From Gammaproteobacteria bacterium (lineage in GTDB: Bacteria > Pseudomonadota > Gammaproteobacteria > GCA-001735895), in the NCBI GenBank assembly GCA_029882955.1, contig JAOUJX010000001.1, forward strand, positions 1-36,720: DNA of 36,720 nucleotides. Reading direction: 5' to 3'. This document shows positions 26,864-34,540 of this stretch, one piece after another (within the stretch, counting starts at the first letter, position 1; each line of letters opens with the position of its first letter). The translations under genes were made by a program, and so were the position numbers. Below the pieces are notes generated by a model. The model saw only the letters and a list, made by a program, of their open reading frames with translations. It was not told the DNA's origin and made no database searches.

Positions 26864-27745
26864 ATGAACGATATTAGATTAAAGCGGGATCCAGATTGTT
26901 GGCGGGGTAGTTTTATAGCCATGGCCAGCCCCTGTGAAGTGTTAATGGAGGTTGACGAAGAAGAGCTGGCGGGTCGAGTACTCGAAACTGTCGTCGATGA
27001 AGCCAGGCGAATCGAAGCTAAATTTAGTCGTTACCGTGATGACAATATCATCGCCAGAATTAATTCGGCGCAAGGCGATTCGGTTACTGTTGATGAGGAA
27101 TCCGCGCGACTACTCGATTTTGCCGACCAGCTTTACCAGATGAGTGACGGTCTGTTTGATATAACTTCAGGTGTATTACGCAAGGTTTGGCGCTTCGATG
27201 GGAGCGATCGAATACCCGGGCCTCGGGCCATCCAGCAAGTTCTGAAAAATGTCGGTTGGCATAAAGTGACCTGGCGGAATAGTCAGATAATATTAGACCA
27301 GGGTATGGAAATCGATCTCGGTGGTTTGGGAAAGGAGTACGCGGTCGATCGATGCATAACGCTGGCGCGTGAATTAACCGATAAAAGTGTCTTAATCAAT
27401 TTTGGAGGTGACCTTGCGGTCAGCTGTCAACGTCAGGGCGGTAAATGCTGGTCGGTCGGTCGATTGGTAACAGGGAGCGACCAGGCTGTTGCTTTGTTCC
27501 AGCTTTTTACAGGTGCAATCGCCACTAGCGGCGACGCTAATCGGTACCTGTTAAAGGACGGCGTCCGCTATAGTCATGTTTTAAATCCCAAATCTGGCTG
27601 GCCGGTTGTGGATGCACCACATACTGTCAGCGTCGCGGCTGCTACCTGCACGGAAGCCGGCATGTTTTCGACATTGGCGATGTTACAGGGCCCTCAGGCG
27701 AGGGAGTTTCTCAGTCTACAGGGTGTGGAGTACTGGGTTAACTAA
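26864..27745 (+). CDS. apbE: ApbE-family FAD:protein FMN transferase (no N-terminal signal peptide)
   Basis: Motifs FDITSG, GGLGKEYAVD, NFGGDLAV, AIATSGDANRY and HVLNPKSGWP are characteristic of ApbE/Ftp. An in-frame TAG at 26828-26830 prevents any N-terminal extension. Confidence 0.9.
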   Translation: MNDIRLKRDPDCWRGSFIAMASPCEVLMEVDEEELAGRVLETVVDEARRIEAKFSRYRDDNIIARINSAQGDSVTVDEESARLLDFADQLYQMSDGLFDITSGVLRKVWRFDGSDRIPGPRAIQQVLKNVGWHKVTWRNSQIILDQGMEIDLGGLGKEYAVDRCITLARELTDKSVLINFGGDLAVSCQRQGGKCWSVGRLVTGSDQAVALFQLFTGAIATSGDANRYLLKDGVRYSHVLNPKSGWPVVDAPHTVSVAAATCTEAGMFSTLAMLQGPQAREFLSLQGVEYWVN

Positions 27746-27762
27746 AAATCAGGGCTGTTCTG

Positions 27763-29106
27763 CTAAAGCACACAAACCCGATTACGACCGTCAGTCTTGG
27801 CCTGGTAGAGAGCCTTGTCGGCGCGCTTCAGGATATCCTCAAAAGTCTTATCCTTTTCCTGTAATGCCGACACACCGAGGCTGATGGTGGGCTTTATTGC
27901 GACCTTCAATTTGTTGACGATGGCCTTATCTTCCTGTGTTTTTCGTATACGTTCTGCGAGTATGGCGGCCGACTCGTGATCGGTATCGGATAATAATATA
28001 GCAAACTCTTCACCGCCGATCCGACAGAGTATATTTTCTTTTCGTAAGCAGGATTTATAAATTTTGCTGACTTCTCGCAAAACGATATCGCCAACCGGGT
28101 GACCGAATTTGTCGTTTATCGATTTAAACCAGTCGATATCAATTACGATAATCGACATGGCCGATCTGGAACGTTTGCAACGAGAAAACTCACGTCTACA
28201 CTGATCGTTGAAATAGCGCCTGTTGTAGAGCCCGGTAAGTGAATCTGTGATCGATTGGCGTAGCAGCTTTTCCTTGAGCAAAATTAATTCGGTGACATCG
28301 GTCGAATAGCTGATCGACGTGGCTGTACCATCCTTTAATTTAAACGGAATTTTTGTCGTCAGGTAATGTTTTAGTTCACCCGCTAAATTCGGCAACAGTT
28401 CTTCGGCGGTTTGTTTCTCATTAGTGTCGAATACTTCTTGATCAAGTTGCCAGAGATTATCGGCTACCTCCTGAGACACGAGCTCGGAGTCTTTCTTTCC
28501 TATGATGTCGTTTTGCTTCAGATTGAATAAATCCGCAGCAAATGAATTGGCGTAGCGCACTACTCGATTACGGTCCTTCATCAAGATTATCGCGTCAACG
28601 TTGTTTAAGATAGCGTCGAGGAAGTCCTTCTGTTCGTGAGCCGATATTTCCAGACGTTTGCGTTTCGTTATGTCGGTCGAGATGCCAAATAAACCGGTAA
28701 TTTTTCCAGACCTGTTTCGCAGTGGTTTTTTCACCGACATATAAATTCGTGTCTTGCTATTGGCCTTAAACAGGATAGTCTGTTCTACTTCTATAGTGGA
28801 TCCTTTGTCGAGCACCTTCTTATCGTTTTTTTGCAAGGCTTTACAGGTTTTTTCTTCGAACAAATCACTGTCCTGCTTGCCCACTAACTCAGCGAGTGGC
28901 AATCCGACCATATCCAGGAATAATTGATTTGCATAAGTATAGTTACCCTTGAGATCCTTAGAATATATTAAAGCTCCTGTCTGATTGACGACGCCAACCA
29001 GCGTACTGATATCGAGCTCCTGTGTTTGTTGGGACTTAATACTATCCACTATAATTACTCCATAACCTATGGGGGCAATATAGCAGAGATTTAAACTCCA
29101 TTGCAC
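27763..29106 (-). CDS. diguanylate cyclase, PAS-PAS-GGDEF (GGEEF active site)
   Basis: Two PAS-like segments (…IYSKDLKGNYTYANQLFLDMVG… and …ILMKDRNRVVRYANSFAADLF…). GGDEF domain with DSLTGLYNRRYF, DIDWFKSINDKFGH, RIGGEEF and ADKALYQAKTDGRNRV. The start is uncertain: the GTG at 29106 has no RBS, and the GTG at 29046 is preceded by GGAG. Confidence 0.88.
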   Translation of the reverse strand: MQWSLNLCYIAPIGYGVIIVDSIKSQQTQELDISTLVGVVNQTGALIYSKDLKGNYTYANQLFLDMVGLPLAELVGKQDSDLFEEKTCKALQKNDKKVLDKGSTIEVEQTILFKANSKTRIYMSVKKPLRNRSGKITGLFGISTDITKRKRLEISAHEQKDFLDAILNNVDAIILMKDRNRVVRYANSFAADLFNLKQNDIIGKKDSELVSQEVADNLWQLDQEVFDTNEKQTAEELLPNLAGELKHYLTTKIPFKLKDGTATSISYSTDVTELILLKEKLLRQSITDSLTGLYNRRYFNDQCRREFSRCKRSRSAMSIIVIDIDWFKSINDKFGHPVGDIVLREVSKIYKSCLRKENILCRIGGEEFAILLSDTDHESAAILAERIRKTQEDKAIVNKLKVAIKPTISLGVSALQEKDKTFEDILKRADKALYQAKTDGRNRVCVL

Positions 29107-29318
29107 AATTGAGGGAAGAAATGAGAGCTGCTATGCAGTCGGGATCCATTTTGGGCACAGATGATAATAGCAACCGGGTATAGTCGGGGAAGGGGGGCGA
29201 CAGTATTTCGCTTTTGTGGTTAGAGTACTGTCTACACTCGAATAGCTTTTCGCTTGATACTGCGAGAGACAATTTCTATGAATTTCTAGCGAGGCATTTG
29301 GGGGAGATTGGTATCTAA

Positions 29319-30602
29319 ATGAATAAAAATCAAAGTTCGAGCTTCGGCTCGGCATTGCTTTCCTCCTGGGCACTACTGCTGGGCTTTGGCGTGCTCATGC
29401 TCGGTGATGGCCTACAGGGTACCTTACTCGCCGTTCGAGCCGATATCGAAGGTTTTTCAGCAACGATAACCGGCTTGATCATGTCGGCATTCTATGGCGG
29501 GTTTTTACTCGGTTCTATTTTTTGCCCCCGGATTACGGCGAAAGTAGGACATATTCGGGTATTTGCCGCACTGGCTGCGCTGGCTTCAGCATCCATCCTG
29601 ATACATGCGATTTTTGTCCATATATCTGTCTGGATTGCCTTGCGCTTGCTCAGCGGATTTTGCTTCGCCGGGCTGTATATCGTAGCCGAGAGCTGGTTGA
29701 ACGACCGCGCCAGTAATGATACCCGGGGCAAACTACTATCACTTTATATGGTGGTGACTTATATCGGCGTCGGGGCAGGGCAATTGATGCTAAACCTGGC
29801 GGCACCGACAGATTTTCCACTGTTTATCCTGACCTCCGTATTAATTTCTGTCGCGGTGGTGCCATTGCTACTATCAGCAGGTTCTCCACCGACGTTTCAC
29901 GAGTCGATTAATATCAGTTTACGCGAACTGTACCGAATCTCACCTTTAGGCATTGTTAGTATGTTTGTGGTCGGTCTGGTTACTGCTACGTTTTTTGCAC
30001 TGGGTCCGGTTTATGGCCAGCGTATCGGGCTCGATATTGAGAATATATCTTATTTCATGACCGCAGCGGTGGTTGGAACAGTTATATTCCAGTGGCCGAT
30101 AGGCGTCTTCTCGGACTGGTTCGATCGCCGTATCGTTCTGACTATCGTCTCGATATTAACCTCGTTGGCGGCGGTGCTGTGTGTATATGCGGTCCAATAT
30201 TCAGATTTGATGGTGCTGGTTTCGGCGGGTTTGTTTGGAGGCATGGCTTTTCCGCTGTATTCGGTCTGTATTGCCTATACCAATGATCATTTGAACCCCA
30301 ATCAAATGATAGCTGCCAGTGGCGCTCTGGTGTTGGTTGGTGGGCTGGGTGCAGTTGCGGGGCCGGTGGTGATAGCGAGCATCATGGATTACTTCGGCGA
30401 TCAGTATCTGTTCTGGTCGATGGCTGTAGCGCATTTGTTAATCGGTTTATTTGGCATGCTACGCATGGCAGTGAGAGCGCCGGTACCTTTGGACAAACAG
30501 GGCAGAAGTACCGCGACGGCGGTGCATCCGTCGGGAGCGGCAATCGAGAGTATTCAGCAATATGCCAGTGGTGAAGCCGATGAGGAAATTAGCCGGGATT
30601 AG
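29319..30602 (+). CDS. MFS transporter (YcaD-like, substrate unknown)
   Basis: 427 aa with about 12 predicted hydrophobic helices. The loop after TM2 (ITAKVGHIRVF) fits the MFS motif-A position, and the sequence contains AESWLNDRASNDTRGKLLSLY. Confidence 0.85.
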   Translation: MNKNQSSSFGSALLSSWALLLGFGVLMLGDGLQGTLLAVRADIEGFSATITGLIMSAFYGGFLLGSIFCPRITAKVGHIRVFAALAALASASILIHAIFVHISVWIALRLLSGFCFAGLYIVAESWLNDRASNDTRGKLLSLYMVVTYIGVGAGQLMLNLAAPTDFPLFILTSVLISVAVVPLLLSAGSPPTFHESINISLRELYRISPLGIVSMFVVGLVTATFFALGPVYGQRIGLDIENISYFMTAAVVGTVIFQWPIGVFSDWFDRRIVLTIVSILTSLAAVLCVYAVQYSDLMVLVSAGLFGGMAFPLYSVCIAYTNDHLNPNQMIAASGALVLVGGLGAVAGPVVIASIMDYFGDQYLFWSMAVAHLLIGLFGMLRMAVRAPVPLDKQGRSTATAVHPSGAAIESIQQYASGEADEEISRD

Positions 30603-30644
30603 ATTTTGTCGACGAGGGATTTTATATATTCCTGGATTGCTAAA

Positions 30645-32537
30645 TTACGCCACGATGACGGGATCTTCATTTCCGAGTTTTTCATAACCGTGAAGAATTC
30701 TCTGGGCCTCGGCTTCGGCTTCTTTGAGCTGTGCCAGGGTTAGGTGGCAGTCTATTTCGTGCCCGTTACTGAGGAATATTCTAGGGGGTACTTTTTTATC
30801 GCAAGTGCCTTCAATGCCCAATGGGCAACGGTTATAGAACGGGCAGCCAATAGCAGTAATTTCGACACCACGGGCAATACCAACCGCCATTTCGCGTTTT
30901 TTCATGGTCTCTTCGAGCCAGCCGATACGCATTTCGGGCACCGAACTGATGAGTAGACGAGTATAGGGGTGGAAGGGGGGTTCGAGTACTTCGTCAGTTG
31001 GGCCCTGCTCGACTATGCGTCCGGCGTATAAAACCACGATTTCATCCGCAAAAGAGGCAACCGTCGACAGGTCATGACTGATGAATACGAATGATACGCC
31101 TGTCTTGTCGCGCAGGCTGGTTAACAGCTTGATGACATTGGCGCCGACGATACTATCGAGTGCCGAGGTGACCTCATCGCAGAGCATGACTTCGGGATTG
31201 GCCGCCAGCGAGCGTGCCATGTTGATGCGTTGCTTCTGTCCACCGGATAATTCCATCGGGTATCGGCTGGCAAATTCGGCAGGTAGTTCAACCAGGTCGA
31301 GAATTTCGGCGACTTTGGCATGTTTTTCCTTTCCTTTTAAGCCGTGATAAAACTCCAGCGGGCGGCCAATGATATCGCCGATCACCTGTTTTGGATTTAG
31401 GGCGGTATCTGCCATCTGGAAGACGAACTGAACCTTCTGTAATTCATCCAGTTTCCGATCTTTCAGAGCACCTTCGAGTAGATTGCCATCGAGTTTAATT
31501 TTGCCTCGTGCGGGTGGCAGCATTCCGGCCATAACCCGGGCAAGGGTGGACTTGCCGCAACCGGACTCACCGATGACACCTACTACATGACCATTTTCCA
31601 CGCTCACATTGATATCGCGTAAGACAGTCACCCTGGGGTCACCATCGACGATGCCGCCATAGCCAGCAGTCATATCTTCGACCTGTAGATTGTCGATGGA
31701 TCGATCGTGATCACCTGATACCTCTGTACCCATTCCGGCCTCGGGTTTTGGCCGCACGGCTTCCATCAGGCGTTTGGTGTATGCATGGGTCGGGTTATTG
31801 ATGATCTGATCGGCCGAACCCTGTTCCATTACCTCTCCGCCGTAAAGTACGACAATATGATCGGCAACCTGGGCGACTACAGCGAGATCGTGGGTGACGT
31901 AGATGGCAGCGGAGTTTTCCTCATGGATCACTTTCTTGAATGCCTTAAGTACTTCTATTTGGGTGGTAACGTCGAGTGCCGTAGTGGGTTCATCGAGTAC
32001 CATCAGATCAGGATTACCGCATAGAGCCATCGCTGCCATCAGACGTTGTAACTGCCCGCCTGATACCTGGTGAGGGTAGCGAAAACCAATACGATCGGCA
32101 TCGGGTAATTCAAGCGCATGGTAAAGTTTGACCGCTCTTTTGGTTGCTTCTTCCTGGGTTAGAACCCCGTGTAATACTGCTGACTCGGTGACCTGTTCAC
32201 CAATAGTGATGGCAGGGTTAAAAGTAGCTGCCGCACTTTGCGCCAGATAAGCAACATTCGCACCTCGGATCTCGCGTTGTCGCAAAGGTGCCATTGTCAG
32301 TACGTCTTCGCCGTTTAAAAGGGCTTCACCCCCGGCAAAATGCAATCCTGGTTTGGTATAAGCCAGCGATGCGAGGGAAATGGTAGTTTTGCCCGAACCC
32401 GATTCACCGATGAGCGCAACAACTTCACCCTTATGAATGTCGAATGAAACACCTTTTACAATGGGAATTTCTACACCATCATCATTAGTGGCACTGATTC
32501 TAAGATCTTTAACTTCAAATAATTTTTCGCGTTCCAT
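30645..32537 (-). CDS. fused double ATP-binding protein of a Dpp/Opp/Gsi-type peptide ABC importer (GsiA-like)
   Basis: Two complete ABC cassettes: [29 protein letters not shown] and [30 protein letters not shown]-terminal HPYT...GCPFYNRCP...C...C domain. The ATG at 32537 (MEREKLFEV) is preceded by GGGGGA. Confidence 0.92.
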   Translation of the reverse strand: MEREKLFEVKDLRISATNDDGVEIPIVKGVSFDIHKGEVVALIGESGSGKTTISLASLAYTKPGLHFAGGEALLNGEDVLTMAPLRQREIRGANVAYLAQSAAATFNPAITIGEQVTESAVLHGVLTQEEATKRAVKLYHALELPDADRIGFRYPHQVSGGQLQRLMAAMALCGNPDLMVLDEPTTALDVTTQIEVLKAFKKVIHEENSAAIYVTHDLAVVAQVADHIVVLYGGEVMEQGSADQIINNPTHAYTKRLMEAVRPKPEAGMGTEVSGDHDRSIDNLQVEDMTAGYGGIVDGDPRVTVLRDINVSVENGHVVGVIGESGCGKSTLARVMAGMLPPARGKIKLDGNLLEGALKDRKLDELQKVQFVFQMADTALNPKQVIGDIIGRPLEFYHGLKGKEKHAKVAEILDLVELPAEFASRYPMELSGGQKQRINMARSLAANPEVMLCDEVTSALDSIVGANVIKLLTSLRDKTGVSFVFISHDLSTVASFADEIVVLYAGRIVEQGPTDEVLEPPFHPYTRLLISSVPEMRIGWLEETMKKREMAVGIARGVEITAIGCPFYNRCPLGIEGTCDKKVPPRIFLSNGHEIDCHLTLAQLKEAEAEAQRILHGYEKLGNEDPVIVA

Positions 32538-32555
32538 ATTATTATCCCCCATTGT

Positions 32556-33473
32556 CTACACCATTTTCTTCGCGAGGCTGCCACCAGATTTGGCAGAAAT
32601 ATCATCGACGATAAGATTAATCGCGATAGTGAACGAGGCGATTGCACAGGCCGGCCAGATCGCAGCATAAGACCCGTATGTCAGTCCCTGCAAATTTTCG
32701 CGCACCATGCTGCCCCAGTCCGAGGCTGGAGGCTGAATACCGAGACCGAGGAAGCTCAGGCTGGATATGAAAAGTACGACGAATACCAGTCGGAGGCCAA
32801 AATCAGTCGCCAAAGGCATGGCCGCGTTGGGTAATACTTCGGCGCGTATAACCCACCAGATGCCTTCGCCACGGGCCTGTGCGGCTTCGACGAAGTCCTG
32901 CACCATAATATCCTGACCCAGAGCGCGTGCAATTCGAAATACGCTGGTAGCGTATATCACTGCGGCAGTCAGTATCAGAACCAGTATTGACGATCCAAAC
33001 GCTGCTATGACGATCAAGCCGAGCATAATCGTCGGCAATGCCAGAATGGCATCGTTAACCCGGCTAATCCCCATGTCTATCCAGCCTCCTTTTACCGCAG
33101 CCAAAATACCGAGCGTGATACCCATTAGATAGGCCAGCAGCGTTGCCAGCAGCGAGATACCAATTGTGTTTCTGGCACCAAATAAGATACGCGAGAAGGT
33201 ATCTCTGCCGATGTAGTCGGTGCCGAGGTAGAAGGTGCCATATTCACCGGAATAGGCATCGAGAAAACTGTCATCGCCTTCCATATCCATTTCATGAAAA
33301 GGCGCTATCGATGGGCCAATAGCAACAATCACCAGCCAGAATACGACGACTGCCACTGAAACCTTACCTACCCACGACAGTTTTAATCTTCTTTTTGGCG
33401 GGGCATCGGGTAACTCGGCAAAAGCATCCAGCCTGGCGATTACCTCTTCTTCTTTGTTTGTCTCTTCAGTCAT
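32556..33473 (-). CDS. peptide ABC transporter permease (DppC/OppC/GsiD-like)
   Basis: 305 aa, 6 TM. N-terminal cytoplasmic extension, then the BPD-transporter core (…AVIYATSVFRIARALGQDIMVQDFVEAAQARGEG…). Confidence 0.9.
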   Translation of the reverse strand: MTEETNKEEEVIARLDAFAELPDAPPKRRLKLSWVGKVSVAVVVFWLVIVAIGPSIAPFHEMDMEGDDSFLDAYSGEYGTFYLGTDYIGRDTFSRILFGARNTIGISLLATLLAYLMGITLGILAAVKGGWIDMGISRVNDAILALPTIMLGLIVIAAFGSSILVLILTAAVIYATSVFRIARALGQDIMVQDFVEAAQARGEGIWWVIRAEVLPNAAMPLATDFGLRLVFVVLFISSLSFLGLGIQPPASDWGSMVRENLQGLTYGSYAAIWPACAIASFTIAINLIVDDISAKSGGSLAKKMV

Positions 33474-33490
33474 TTATCTATCCTCTCGGC

Positions 33491-34441
33491 CTATTTGGGC
33501 TGTCTAAGCCGCGGATTGGAAAGTATTGATGCGACGTCTGCCAATATAATGAGTACAACGTAGGTACCACAAAAAATCATTGCACAGGCCTGCACCAAAG
33601 GCAGATCACGAGTCTGTACGGCATCGATCATCAGTTTTGCCAAACCCGGATAGGAAAATATGGTTTCGACGATTACCACCCCGCTGACTAAATAGGCGAG
33701 GTTCAAGGCAATAACATTAACGATTGGGCCGATGGCGTTAAAAAATGCATGGCGCAGAATAATCCGCTTTCTGGGTACTCCTTTTAATATCGCCATTTCA
33801 ATATAAGGCGAATTCATGACGTTGAGTATCCCCGCTCGAGTCATTCGAATCATTTGTGCAGAAACGACTATGACCAGCGTGAACAGTGGCATAGCAATCG
33901 CTTTTAAAAACTGCCATGTTGTCTCATCACCGGTCAAATAGGTTGTCGAAGGCAACCAGTGTAAATTGACGGCCAGTATCAGCACCAGTACGGTAGCAAT
34001 AAAGAACTCCGGAACAGAAATGGTGCTCAGCGTACCGAAGGTGACCAGGCGATCTAGCCAGGTTCCCGGATGCATCGCGGCGTAGAGACCAAGAGCAATT
34101 GAAATCGGAATCGAAACCAGTGCAACCAGCCCCGCCATCATCATGGTGTTGCCGATGCGGCTTTCGATTAAACTGGAAATAGTCGCACCACCCGCCTTGG
34201 ATATTCCGAGATCACCAGTCGCCATATTGCCTAGCCAGCTGAAATACTGAATTATCAGGGGTTGATCTGTACCCAGTTCAGCTCGAAGCGCCGCTAGCGT
34301 TTCGGGCGTTGCAGCCTGCCCCAGAATGATCGAAGCGACGTCACCTGGTAACCAGCTGGTCATCACGAAAACAATAACCGAAACCACCATTAGAGTGGCA
34401 AAACCAATTGCAATCCGTTGCAATACCATTTGCTTCATCAT
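33491..34441 (-). CDS. peptide ABC transporter permease (DppB/OppB/GsiC-like)
   Basis: 316 aa. Typical N-terminus MVLQRIAIGFATLMVVSVIVFVM...LPGD and the EAA-loop region YIEMAILKGVPRKRIILRHAF. Confidence 0.9.
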   Translation of the reverse strand: MMKQMVLQRIAIGFATLMVVSVIVFVMTSWLPGDVASIILGQAATPETLAALRAELGTDQPLIIQYFSWLGNMATGDLGISKAGGATISSLIESRIGNTMMMAGLVALVSIPISIALGLYAAMHPGTWLDRLVTFGTLSTISVPEFFIATVLVLILAVNLHWLPSTTYLTGDETTWQFLKAIAMPLFTLVIVVSAQMIRMTRAGILNVMNSPYIEMAILKGVPRKRIILRHAFFNAIGPIVNVIALNLAYLVSGVVIVETIFSYPGLAKLMIDAVQTRDLPLVQACAMIFCGTYVVLIILADVASILSNPRLRQPK

Positions 34442-34474
34442 TTGCTATTTCTCCTTCGACAGGGAATTGTCGTA

Positions 34475-34515
34475 ACGAAAAAAAGGCCTGTATGAATAAG
34501 ATTCATACAGGCCTT
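34475..34515 (-). terminator. strong intrinsic terminator/attenuator between the SBP gene and the permease genes (minus strand: 15-bp stem AAGGCCTGTATGAAT / ATTCATACAGGCCTT plus T7)
   Basis: Perfect 15-bp inverted repeat with a 3-nt loop at 34483-34515. On the minus strand it is followed directly by TTTTTTT. Starts 26 nt after the SBP stop. Confidence 0.8.
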
Positions 34516-34540
34516 AATCAGACACTCAGGTACGCTATTA

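Noticed and set aside
29042-29373. 76-aa and 80-aa minus-strand ORFs in or overlapping the GGDEF/MFS divergent intergenic region
   Set aside because: They have no Shine-Dalgarno sequences, overlap each other and the 5' end of the GGDEF gene, and their translations have no recognisable features. The region is more simply explained as two divergent promoters. A small protein cannot be formally excluded without expression data.
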